A stretch of DNA of 64,000 bases from Fimbriimonadales bacterium (GTDB lineage: Bacteria; Armatimonadota; Fimbriimonadia; Fimbriimonadales; ATM1). The stretch is taken from positions 1 to 64,000 of the forward strand of contig JBGTLG010000032.1 of assembly GCA_041744215.1 (NCBI GenBank), in the 5' to 3' direction. The translations under genes were made by a program, and so were the position numbers. The notes under the pieces were generated by a model. The model saw nothing but the letters and a program-made list of their open reading frames with translations, had not been told where the DNA came from and did not search any database. Of the stretch, positions 9,366-18,901 are shown in pieces; position 1 is the stretch's first letter, and each line of letters begins with the position of its first letter.

Positions 9366-12300
9366 TTAGAACCTGTCGGCAAACTGCGGGACTCTGAGGC
9401 CGCGAGTGCCGACGATCGGCGGGAGTTCCGCGCGAACGCTGTTGATGCTAAACCCAAGGTTTGGCAGGAGCGGATCGTAGTCGTCGCGCCATTGAACGAC
9501 TTCGCCATAGAACGGCGCGCCGCTGATCGTGCTTCCGTAGAAGCCATTTGTCATCAGGACTTGTCCGTTCGTCAATCGTTTCGCGCTGACTGCGCGGAGT
9601 CTGACGCCGCGAATGTTCTCGTAGACGGCGTTCGACATCATCCAGATGACTTGCCAATTCGCGCCGACCTGACGAACCTCGTATACTCCTGTCGCGTCCG
9701 TGATCATCACTGCGTAATCGAGCAGGTTCGGGTTCTGAACAACCGCTCTGAGCGAGATCGGTCTGACTGCGACTGAGTTGATTCCAAACAGCCGCTTTCT
9801 GCTTCCATCCGGCAGCACGATATCGTTGATGACTTGATTCCCTTGTCCGCTGACTGCATCGAAGACTAAGAGGCCGCCTGGTCCACCCCCTGCCTGCCGA
9901 TCACCCGCCGCGTTCGGAGTGTCAAGGCCGCTGCTAACGCGCGTCGGCATTGCATCGCCTATACCAGCGATGAAAACGAACAGCGGATTTCCGAGCGCGT
10001 CGACTCCGACTTGGAATCGTTGGACTGCTGTGTACTGCCAGCCCTTTCCGCTCAGATCGAGTGGCGTATGCCAGACGAGTTTTGCGAACTGATTGAAGCC
10101 TGCTGCGTCGCGTACTGGTGCGCCAACGACGGGATTGCCATTCGCATCAATCGTTGTTCGATATCGGTCGACGACTTCTATCAGGCGTTGATTGCCGGTG
10201 TCTGCGATGACGTAGTGAACCCAGTACTCCATTCCTGTCGGCGGCGGTCCTGTGAACGGATTCGCTGCGGGGAATACGAAGTCGCCCCATACGCTGACGT
10301 CGCGTGGCTGTCTCAATTGTATCGCGCTGCCTTCGAGCCACCCTTGCGGACGGAAGGTGAGGTCGAGGCTGATTCGGTCGATGGATCTAAGCTCGCCCGC
10401 ACCCTTGTCGATGACGACGACTCGGTCGGCGCCGGTATCGACGACGACATATTCGTTCTCCGACGACTTGTAAACTTTTGTGGGCCGCTCAAGCTTCGAC
10501 GCTTGCACGACTGTGTCGGTGGGACCGCGCTGGATGTTGTAGCTTAGGTCTGAAGTCCAGCGCACGAAGCCTGCGGAATCTACTTCGACAATACGACCTT
10601 CATCCGCGATGACTGTGTATGCAGGCCGGAATGCATAGATCCCGCGATTTGCCCAGGCGACGAGCGTGCCATCGCCTCCGATGACACCCAGCCCCTGGTC
10701 TGCGATGCCTTCTCCGATTAGCGTTTGCAGCAGGCGGACTCGGAAATCGCCAAGATTTTGAATGCCCTCGCCACTCGGCCATCGGACATGAGGATTGCTT
10801 CTAAATCCGCCGGGCGCGCTGAGGTCTTCGATGAGCCAACGCGACTGCTTGAGTCCGGGCTGTCCCTGGACGGTGATGATCGAGTCGTCGTTTGGCGAGA
10901 TGTTCGTGTCCATCGCAAACATTGCAGCGAGAGGCACAGGTGGAAATGTGCCGTTGATCAAGCTTGGAAGCGTGGACGCGCCAGCTTGGTAGATCGTAGA
11001 TCCCATCACCATCGGGGGGGCATCTGTGATGAAGCCGCTGATGCCGAAGTACCACAATAGCGGGCTCCAACGCGATCCGGTTGCATTCGGATCGATCAGG
11101 CGTTCGGGGACACCACTTCCTCCAACGATGATCGGCATTGATGTGCTGAACGCATTCTGCATTTGGCCGCCTGTGCTCGACATCATGTTTCGGAAGCGAA
11201 TCACTCCGGAGGAAGCTTCGGAATCCGCCTGGTTTGTTTGCAGCAGGTTGAACTGTTCGGGATTTGACTTGTTAGTGCTTCTTGCGATGTCCGGCTGGCG
11301 AACGCGCAGGCCCGCTGGGAGCGCTTCTCCTAAACGAATGTCGATGCGCGACGGAGCGGCGTCGAATGCGAGCAGATAGGTTGCGCGCGTCGAGAAGAAT
11401 CCAAACTGCTGATCTGCAGAAACGTTAAGGAACAACACGTCGCCTCGGATCACTGGGCTACCGTGAAAGTGGAGGCGTCTCAGACGAGGATAAGGGTTAG
11501 GTCCTGGGAAGAGGAGTCTCCACAGGTCGTCCCGGTCCTCTATCGCGGACGGAACTGTCACGCGCTGCGTGTTGTTGATCGCGACTGTAAACCCATCGTG
11601 GAGGTCCCACCGATAAACGAGCTCATATTGTCCGCGAGAGAATTCGCGGAGGCAGAACAACGTACCGTTGTTTTGCTCATTGCTTGTGACTACAAATAGG
11701 TTGCCTCGCGGAGAGAGCGCCATCGACTTTTGCATGTACCGCCGACGCTGGATGTCATCGGGCAAGAAGATTTGGCCGCGAATCACACTCGAGACGATAT
11801 TAGCTGCGCCCGTTCCCCAGTCGATGTGATAGTCGATGCGAATGCCGATCGTGTCAGGTATCGGCTGACTCAATGCGCACTGCAATTGCCCGGGCGCAAA
11901 CTGAATGACCGCTCCTGTGAAGTATGAGGCGAATGCTGCCGCGGGGAGTTCCTCGCCGGTTGTTGCATCGACCAATCGAATCCTGATGCCGTAGCTGCTT
12001 TCAAAGCCGGGCAAGTACAGCGTTAGACCCTTGCTTGCCGCTCTCGTAATGATGTTCACAGACGTCGGCGTCTTTAGCACTGTAGGCGATTCGCCTTTCG
12101 CGCCCATCCACAAGCTCGACACGCCGACCGGCGCACCTGTTAGTGTCGATCGGTTGGTCACATACATGACCTTGTCGAGTCCACCTGGGTTGTCGTCTGT
12201 AGGGATGTATCCAATCGTGGACGCGCCACCAGGCTCAGCAAGATTCGGCGAACCCGGGCCTTGAAGCGCCCATGGTGTTGCGCCAGTCTGCATCAGCGTG

Positions 12301-13928
12301 AGTGCTGAAGCGTTCACAACCCACACGCGCCCGAGCCGCTGGCCGAATCCTCCCGAGTACATATCGTAAACGTAAACCAGGCCTTCCATAAACGTTGGCG
12401 CATAGGGGCCACGATTGTCTTGCGATAGGTCGATGATGGGCGCGGCGCCCGGAGCGTTGATCGTTTGCACTGGTGGGATCGGGTTGGGGCCGAGCAGAAT
12501 TCCCGCCGCCTTGGGCAGTGCGTTGAAGACGTGAAGGCGACCCGCGCCATCAATAACGTACACCTGGTCGCTCGGCACGTTTGCAGCTGGGTCCGCAACT
12601 TCGGCGCACACCGGCGAACTGAGAGGCGCCTGCAACGGGGTCGAATGCCAAACCAAGTCACGACCCACTCCATAGCTGTAATCGGGGAATCCGTCGTCGG
12701 TCAGCCCGTCGCCATCGAGGTCGCGATTCGGATCGGTCTTGTATGCGTAAACCCGGTCGCCGGCGGTCACGAAAACGAGCCCTTTGTAAATTGCGGGAGG
12801 GACGTAATTTGTTTCGTTCGTTTGCGACAAATCGAGCGACGTATCGCTCCACGTTTCGAGCAGTGGCGCGCCGAGATCGTCAAACGAAGAGTTCAGGCGT
12901 CTGCTTCCTTTGCTTAGCGCTTGGTGTCCGGCAGCAAGAGCAAGGACGTTGTAGGCAAATTTCAGTTCATTGATCGGGATGTTTCGGAAGTTCTCTCCAC
13001 CGATCGGACCACTGTTGCGTCCGAGACCACCCAGATTTGTTCCACCTGTGGGCTCATTGATCGGCGAAGTGACGTTTCCAGAAGTGACGATCATCAGGCC
13101 ATTGCCAACCTGCGCGACTCCCGTTACGATTCCAGCCGAATTGACGACAACCGGGTTGATTCGAGTGTAGTCAGGGAAAAGCGTTGAAACGATGTTCTGA
13201 TAGCCAGCGAGCCCATAACCAGCGAGTGTTGCGGGGAGGATGGCGTGATTCCCGTTGTGGGATCCTAAACGCGCTGCTGTGCCTGCGTGAATCTTGTGCG
13301 GATAGTTGAAGAGTGGATGCTCTGGCTGGGTCGCAACCGGATTCGCGCCGGCGTTCGTCGTCAAGAACGGGATCGGAAACGCTCGAAATGCGTCGACTGT
13401 TTGCGAAGTCGATTTATCAAACCACAGAACGCCGCCGCTGTCGAGGAACGCTTGCAGTTTCGATCTGTCGATCGGGTTGATCCAAATGTTTCCGGGCGCA
13501 TGGACGATCAATACATCGTAAAGCGAAATCGCTTGGGGACTGATTTGGCTCAGCACTACTTCCCAGTAGGCTGCCATGTTCTTCGTGAGTCTTTGACCTG
13601 TGACGAAGGGGCCGGGGCCAAGTCCAAGACCAGCGTATATCGCATCCCAGCGCGCTTGAATCTGTGGCGTTATAGTTCCGCTTGCGAGTGGGTTATCGAA
13701 TTCCCAACCTGCCGGCTTGATGTCAGCACGGCGCTCAAGATTGTAAAAGACATATGGATCGGCGTTCGTAGGTACTCCGCCCGGTCCTGACGTGCTATCG
13801 ATTAACAGCATGCCCACGTTAATTTTTGTAGTTTTTCGAGCGTAGGACGTCGGTTGTGCGAATGCGCCAATCGCCAGCGCGATCGACGCAGTCACCAAAA
13901 CGAACGATTTCAGACTTCTCAGGCTCAC
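9366..13928 (-). CDS. Large secreted protein (1520 aa) with beta-propeller/NHL-like repeats; candidate second tip protein
   Basis: Signal peptide ending AFA; DLDGDGLTDD Ca-loop; VVDTGADRV and IADTGNQRL NHL-like repeats; ATGA-coupled to the PilX-like gene. Confidence 0.75.
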   Translation of the reverse strand: MSLRSLKSFVLVTASIALAIGAFAQPTSYARKTTKINVGMLLIDSTSGPGGVPTNADPYVFYNLERRADIKPAGWEFDNPLASGTITPQIQARWDAIYAGLGLGPGPFVTGQRLTKNMAAYWEVVLSQISPQAISLYDVLIVHAPGNIWINPIDRSKLQAFLDSGGVLWFDKSTSQTVDAFRAFPIPFLTTNAGANPVATQPEHPLFNYPHKIHAGTAARLGSHNGNHAILPATLAGYGLAGYQNIVSTLFPDYTRINPVVVNSAGIVTGVAQVGNGLMIVTSGNVTSPINEPTGGTNLGGLGRNSGPIGGENFRNIPINELKFAYNVLALAAGHQALSKGSRRLNSSFDDLGAPLLETWSDTSLDLSQTNETNYVPPAIYKGLVFVTAGDRVYAYKTDPNRDLDGDGLTDDGFPDYSYGVGRDLVWHSTPLQAPLSSPVCAEVADPAANVPSDQVYVIDGAGRLHVFNALPKAAGILLGPNPIPPVQTINAPGAAPIIDLSQDNRGPYAPTFMEGLVYVYDMYSGGFGQRLGRVWVVNASALTLMQTGATPWALQGPGSPNLAEPGGASTIGYIPTDDNPGGLDKVMYVTNRSTLTGAPVGVSSLWMGAKGESPTVLKTPTSVNIITRAASKGLTLYLPGFESSYGIRIRLVDATTGEELPAAAFASYFTGAVIQFAPGQLQCALSQPIPDTIGIRIDYHIDWGTGAANIVSSVIRGQIFLPDDIQRRRYMQKSMALSPRGNLFVVTSNEQNNGTLFCLREFSRGQYELVYRWDLHDGFTVAINNTQRVTVPSAIEDRDDLWRLLFPGPNPYPRLRRLHFHGSPVIRGDVLFLNVSADQQFGFFSTRATYLLAFDAAPSRIDIRLGEALPAGLRVRQPDIARSTNKSNPEQFNLLQTNQADSEASSGVIRFRNMMSSTGGQMQNAFSTSMPIIVGGSGVPERLIDPNATGSRWSPLLWYFGISGFITDAPPMVMGSTIYQAGASTLPSLINGTFPPVPLAAMFAMDTNISPNDDSIITVQGQPGLKQSRWLIEDLSAPGGFRSNPHVRWPSGEGIQNLGDFRVRLLQTLIGEGIADQGLGVIGGDGTLVAWANRGIYAFRPAYTVIADEGRIVEVDSAGFVRWTSDLSYNIQRGPTDTVVQASKLERPTKVYKSSENEYVVVDTGADRVVVIDKGAGELRSIDRISLDLTFRPQGWLEGSAIQLRQPRDVSVWGDFVFPAANPFTGPPPTGMEYWVHYVIADTGNQRLIEVVDRYRTTIDANGNPVVGAPVRDAAGFNQFAKLVWHTPLDLSGKGWQYTAVQRFQVGVDALGNPLFVFIAGIGDAMPTRVSSGLDTPNAAGDRQAGGGPGGLLVFDAVSGQGNQVINDIVLPDGSRKRLFGINSVAVRPISLRAVVQNPNLLDYAVMITDATGVYEVRQVGANWQVIWMMSNAVYENIRGVRLRAVSAKRLTNGQVLMTNGFYGSTISGAPFYGEVVQWRDDYDPLLPNLGFSINSVRAELPPIVGTRGLRVPQFADRF

Positions 13929-16837
13929 GGATTCACCTCTCCGAAGTAGAACAACTTCGTGCCCACAGGCAGTTTTGGCATCGGCGGCAGTTCTCGGCCA
14001 TAGCCATCGACTCGTATTGATGCCGACAGCGTTGGATCGAAGGATCCACCGACGCGCCCAGTAACCAACACCGGATCGTAGTTTATGAATAGATTTGGAA
14101 CGTAGGTCGCCGAGTTACTCGGGTTGTGCTGATTAGGAATACGAATTCCGGAACCCCCGTATTCGACGGGCATCCATCCCCACTTGCGCAGCCACTCGGA
14201 TTGGTCTGCCATAGATGCTGGGAAATTCTCGCTCACGCTTCCAACGATGTTGATCCGGATGTTGAGGGGTTCGCCATAGAAGGGGAAGTCGGGAGCTGCT
14301 CCGAACTGTTGGAATCGCTCATCTTCAGTTGTAAAGGCGTCGCGCCGATCGTTCGGATTCCAATTGAACCACGGTCCCGGCAGCACGTAGAATGAACCCT
14401 CTTGAGCGTAGACCATTGCCTCAATCCTGACGTCGTAGGGTTGGATCGAGAACCGGCTTACGGCGAGATCGTGCTGCCCGCCATTTGGCGAAATAGTGTT
14501 ATCCAGTTTAAGTTGGAACTCGTTCTCCGATCCTTCGACGAAGAGCGAATAACTGCCGTGGCCGGCGATCGGGAAGAACTGATGCGCGCGCTTTTCGAAA
14601 CTCGGCAGAATCTGGAATGTGTATCCGAGGCCGTATGTTGGGATCGGATCTTGTGCCGGATAGAAAGGTGCGGCAGCATTCGGCGGATTGAGCGCAGCGA
14701 ACAGGTATTCGGGGCTTGCGAATCCGACCGGATTGATCAGCAGGTTGAAGAACGAGGCTCCCGCTTGCGATGAGTTGCCTCCAGCGAGCGCAAGGAACAA
14801 CGCAGGATAAAGTTGATCTCCGCCGTTGGGGAACTGATAGCCTTGCATGTAAGATTGCCCAGTGATCGGATCAATCACGAACTGTGCCGACAGACTTAAT
14901 GGATTTGCAGCCGTCGTCGGCATGAAGTAAGGATTGTCTGGGCTCGTGCCGAAACGGGCAAAGCTGTTCGGACTCGAGTCAAACTGGTTGGTGAACAAAT
15001 GCGTCGTGTTTAGGACAGCGTTTTGCCGCGCTAGGATTGCAAGTGTTGAAAATTCTGTTGATTTGGTGATGCTGCCCTCAAGAAAGGCGTTCGCCATCGA
15101 GACGACTGTTATCTGGGCATCGGTGGGGATCACTCCGCGGACCCTGACATTCCCTTCCAATAGAATCACGCCGTTGAAGTTTCGGCCTTGATCGAAGTCG
15201 TTTGTTGTAGGTGTGGCAAAGTTGACGACGCCCGGCGTCAGCTCATTGATGACGTGGACGATTCCGTCGTTTCCATAACCAAGTTTGAAAGTTAAGCTAT
15301 GGCGGTTTGTGTTTGCGCCAACGTAATCTCTCCAGGTGTCCGGTGTGCCGCCACTCGGCGTTCGTTGCTCGCGCGTTATGACGAACCCACCCAACTCGGG
15401 AGTCGCCTGATTTCGCTCTGCGAAGAATTGGATATGCGAGGCGCGAGGCGTAAAGAAGGGTCCGTTCCACGCGCCCGAGTTCGCATTGTTCGGATTCATG
15501 ATGTCGTATCGCAATGAGCGATCGCCATCTTCAGAGTCATCGTAAACGTCACTTCGATTATCGACGTAGACACCGCGTCCGTAACCGAGTCTCCCAAGAT
15601 TGAATTGAGAACCTGGAGGGCCGACGAGCGTGCCGCTGTCGCGAGTCGCGAGTCGGTATCTGAGCTGCTGCGTATTCGGATCGACCTCGTCGACGAGCGG
15701 CGGATCCTTCTTGGGGACACTTCGTGCATATCCGCTCGGGTCAGCTTGTTCGCGGATATCGCGCAACACGCCGCCCGCAGTTGTGAAATTGGGGTCGATG
15801 CTCGGCAACGCCAGAACTGGCGTGTTTACTTCGCTTCCCGCTTGCGCGCTAATGCGGTTCACCAGCAGCGAACTGGACGGACCAGAAAATCTAAGATCGC
15901 CGTAGATATTGATTTGATCGCCAAGATCGGTGTGCAAGAAGACTTGCACGTCACCATGGATGAGCAAGTCGCCATTCGCATAAATCGGACCACCGAGCGT
16001 GATTATGTTTCCGGGATAAAGCCCTATGGGAGTTGGCGCAGGGAATCCGCCGATGAGCATCGGAACTTGCACGTTCGTTCCGTTGTAGTTGCCGCCAAAG
16101 TTGTCGGGAATACCGAGTTCGATTGGCGCCGTGCGGTTATCTTTGTTCGAAATGTAGCGCGCAGACTCCATTGTTCCGATCGACGCGATCGCTGTCAGTT
16201 GGCGAGCGCGCTGCAGGTTTGGCTCGCGCGCCGATGTCGGGTCCAAGGCGTTGAATTCGCCCGGACGTCCCACGGAATCGATGATTGTGTAGGCTCGAAG
16301 CTTCGCAGGCTGTGCGAGAGGTGTTGCGAGTCCGCCTGTGAAGAGGGAGATTCCACTCGGAGCAAACCGGACTCGAATGAGTGCACGGCCGTTGCGATAG
16401 TTAATGCGTGTGTATGCCCCGAGGCCATCGGGGCCGCCTCTGTCAAACGGATCGTTGACGACAGGGTCGACTTGTCTGCGGAGCCAGAAAAAATCGGGAT
16501 CAGGATTTGTAGCGGCCGGGTTCTCGGGATCTGAGTTCGGGCCGAGCCCTGGAGGCCGCAGAGGATCGACATCGGCCGGGACCGGCGTTGGAGGTTGCGG
16601 TCTCCAGTCTGCGCCGTCTTCTGAGAAGCGAAGCTGGGCAAACGAGTAGCGAACGCCTGCTTTCGAAAGTTCGTTCGCGACAGCCGCCTGCGATCCGGAA
16701 AGCGCTGTGGCTGTAGAGCCAGCGACAATGCGAATAAACACGAGGCCAAGAATGCCGAGGATGAACATGATCGCGAGTGAAACGACCAAGATCGTGCCGC
16801 GCTCCGTTCTGCTGTTTCTCATCGAATTCACTCTCAT
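13925..16837 (-). CDS. Giant PilX/GspK-like minor pilin (970 aa)
   Basis: ERG|TILVVSLAIMFILGIL class III signal lacking Glu5 (PilX/GspK hallmark); A-x-ELSKAGV helix; alternative start 16822. Confidence 0.8.
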   Translation of the reverse strand: MRVNSMRNSRTERGTILVVSLAIMFILGILGLVFIRIVAGSTATALSGSQAAVANELSKAGVRYSFAQLRFSEDGADWRPQPPTPVPADVDPLRPPGLGPNSDPENPAATNPDPDFFWLRRQVDPVVNDPFDRGGPDGLGAYTRINYRNGRALIRVRFAPSGISLFTGGLATPLAQPAKLRAYTIIDSVGRPGEFNALDPTSAREPNLQRARQLTAIASIGTMESARYISNKDNRTAPIELGIPDNFGGNYNGTNVQVPMLIGGFPAPTPIGLYPGNIITLGGPIYANGDLLIHGDVQVFLHTDLGDQINIYGDLRFSGPSSSLLVNRISAQAGSEVNTPVLALPSIDPNFTTAGGVLRDIREQADPSGYARSVPKKDPPLVDEVDPNTQQLRYRLATRDSGTLVGPPGSQFNLGRLGYGRGVYVDNRSDVYDDSEDGDRSLRYDIMNPNNANSGAWNGPFFTPRASHIQFFAERNQATPELGGFVITREQRTPSGGTPDTWRDYVGANTNRHSLTFKLGYGNDGIVHVINELTPGVVNFATPTTNDFDQGRNFNGVILLEGNVRVRGVIPTDAQITVVSMANAFLEGSITKSTEFSTLAILARQNAVLNTTHLFTNQFDSSPNSFARFGTSPDNPYFMPTTAANPLSLSAQFVIDPITGQSYMQGYQFPNGGDQLYPALFLALAGGNSSQAGASFFNLLINPVGFASPEYLFAALNPPNAAAPFYPAQDPIPTYGLGYTFQILPSFEKRAHQFFPIAGHGSYSLFVEGSENEFQLKLDNTISPNGGQHDLAVSRFSIQPYDVRIEAMVYAQEGSFYVLPGPWFNWNPNDRRDAFTTEDERFQQFGAAPDFPFYGEPLNIRINIVGSVSENFPASMADQSEWLRKWGWMPVEYGGSGIRIPNQHNPSNSATYVPNLFINYDPVLVTGRVGGSFDPTLSASIRVDGYGRELPPMPKLPVGTKLFYFGEVNP

Positions 16838-16842
16838 CTGCT

Positions 16843-18891
16843 CTACCTAATGAAGTTCCTTACAGAGATGACCTCTTTGACGGTCACTGCCTGCGCTGAA
16901 GCGCCCGACGAACCCGGGAACCTCCGGAGGGTCATTTCGACTGCGATGCGCTGTGCGCTGTCGTAATCCACCGTCATAACGTCGGTGGATTCATTCAATT
17001 GGAAGTCAAACTCGACCAAGATGTTCCCGTTGGGGGAGAGTGCGAGCGCTGGGTCGCTGTTGAACTCAACATAACCTTTCCTGTATCTCGGTTCGATGTA
17101 TGTTCGAACGTCAGCGTTGCCAGCGGGGTCTGGAAGTCCGATGATTGTCCAGTCGGGATCGGGAAGATCGGTGTAGTTGATCTTGTATTGGTTCAATCCT
17201 GGCGTGGAACTGGCTGAGACTCGGGTGTATCGTATCGGTTGGCCGAAGTTGGGGCCAGGTCGCTGGTCCGGCGCGACGATGATTTCAGAGCCTGGGACAA
17301 TGCGACCATCTAGCGCGTACCCCAGTCCGTTGGGCGCGAGAGGATTGAACCAGTTGCCCCCGCCGCCGCTCACTTGCCGCAGGTCGAAGAACCTGCGCGA
17401 AAGCTGCCCTTGCGGGTCGAACGATTGCCCAGTTGGCGATGCGATCCATCCGGTGTAAGTCGCGTTCACAGAGTCTGTCGAGGTCGCCGGGACCAAGCCG
17501 AGCGCGTGAAGCACCGGGAACGACATCACAACTCTTCCCCGCCTGGAATCTACTTTGAAGAGTCTCAGTTCGTTTAGCGGGGCGCCGCCAACGACGTAAT
17601 CGCCGATCAGCGGATTTCCTTGCTCGGCTGCGAGCATATAGCCGCCGATATTGAAGAAAATGTCGCCTTGCGTGTATTCGTCGGTGTTCGCGACCGGGTC
17701 GAAGTAGACGAGTTCCTGATTGAACTGCTCGAATACATTTGCGCCGCTTGATAGTTGACGCCACCTTGCGATGAAGTACGGTCCGCCAAGCTGCGGATTC
17801 GTCACGAAGAAGCGAACCAAACTGTCCTGAGTCCACCCGATCATGTCGGTGACGTAGTATTCAGGCGCGCCCCGGCGCACCGCATCCACGGCTTCGACTC
17901 CAGGCCGAACGACGTCGTTGGCCGATCCCGGCTCATTGTTGACTCGCAGAGCCTCGAACGAAATCAGAGAGCGGACACGCGGGATATAAGTGCCAGCTGT
18001 CGGTGGATACTGCTCATAAACTGCGAGCCCCGTTGATTCGTCGACTTGCGGGATGATGAAGTCAGTGCGAAGATCTTGGCTGACAATCGTCGCGATGTTC
18101 TTCCAGTTTTGCGCACGTGTTTGGTGGGCCGGAAGGTTATCGAAAAACTGATACGGATCGCGCACGAAGAAGCCGGGGTCATTGATGACTGGCGCACCGT
18201 TTGCGTCGAGCGCAAAGAAAGCGGAGTTGCCGACGTAGCGACCGAGGGCCGCATCGTAAACCCAGGGTTGAATCTCTGCCCGGTAAAGAACAAACAGATT
18301 TTCAAACCCGATCTTTGCGCCAAAGATCACAGGATCCCAGGCGTTGATATAGCGACGACCAGGCTCTTTCAACCCGATGAAGTAGCGGACGAGCGTTTGG
18401 CCAGGCGCAACGGGAACCGTGATCTGGCCAATGGGTCCTTGGAGTGTCGGATCGAACTTGCCCCGGTACGGATTGAAGTACGTGCCGCTCGCATCGCGAG
18501 CGCCCGGATCGCCCTTGGCGGCCGGAATCAAGTCAATCTTCGCATAAGACATATATATGCTGCCAACGCGGGCAGCGGGGTCTTCTGAGATCTCTGTCGA
18601 GGTCGCTGGAGGGGCGCCAGCTCCAGAAAAAACGCCCAGCGGAAGCTGCACTTCAATCGCAGCGCTATTCACTGAGTTGTCGAGCACCGCAGCCGCGGAA
18701 CCCATCTCTTTGCTGATGCGATCCATGATGTTGCGTGCACGGTCTTGGGCTTCTGCGTACGCCTGTCCCGTTCGCGTAAGTCTGAAGCCTTGGATCAGCG
18801 GAAGCGCGAGAAGCGTGAGCAAGACTGCTGTGATCGCTAAGACCACGAGCAACTCGATCAACGTAAAGCCTTTGTGAATTGTCTTCGTCAT
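16843..18891 (-). CDS. Giant PilW-like minor pilin (~682 aa)
   Basis: HKG|FTLIELLVVLAI prepilin motif; AQDRARNIMDRISKEM PilW-like helix; GAGG RBS before ATG 18891. Confidence 0.85.
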   Translation of the reverse strand: MTKTIHKGFTLIELLVVLAITAVLLTLLALPLIQGFRLTRTGQAYAEAQDRARNIMDRISKEMGSAAAVLDNSVNSAAIEVQLPLGVFSGAGAPPATSTEISEDPAARVGSIYMSYAKIDLIPAAKGDPGARDASGTYFNPYRGKFDPTLQGPIGQITVPVAPGQTLVRYFIGLKEPGRRYINAWDPVIFGAKIGFENLFVLYRAEIQPWVYDAALGRYVGNSAFFALDANGAPVINDPGFFVRDPYQFFDNLPAHQTRAQNWKNIATIVSQDLRTDFIIPQVDESTGLAVYEQYPPTAGTYIPRVRSLISFEALRVNNEPGSANDVVRPGVEAVDAVRRGAPEYYVTDMIGWTQDSLVRFFVTNPQLGGPYFIARWRQLSSGANVFEQFNQELVYFDPVANTDEYTQGDIFFNIGGYMLAAEQGNPLIGDYVVGGAPLNELRLFKVDSRRGRVVMSFPVLHALGLVPATSTDSVNATYTGWIASPTGQSFDPQGQLSRRFFDLRQVSGGGGNWFNPLAPNGLGYALDGRIVPGSEIIVAPDQRPGPNFGQPIRYTRVSASSTPGLNQYKINYTDLPDPDWTIIGLPDPAGNADVRTYIEPRYRKGYVEFNSDPALALSPNGNILVEFDFQLNESTDVMTVDYDSAQRIAVEMTLRRFPGSSGASAQAVTVKEVISVRNFIR

Positions 18892-18901
18892 GATCTTATC
18901 C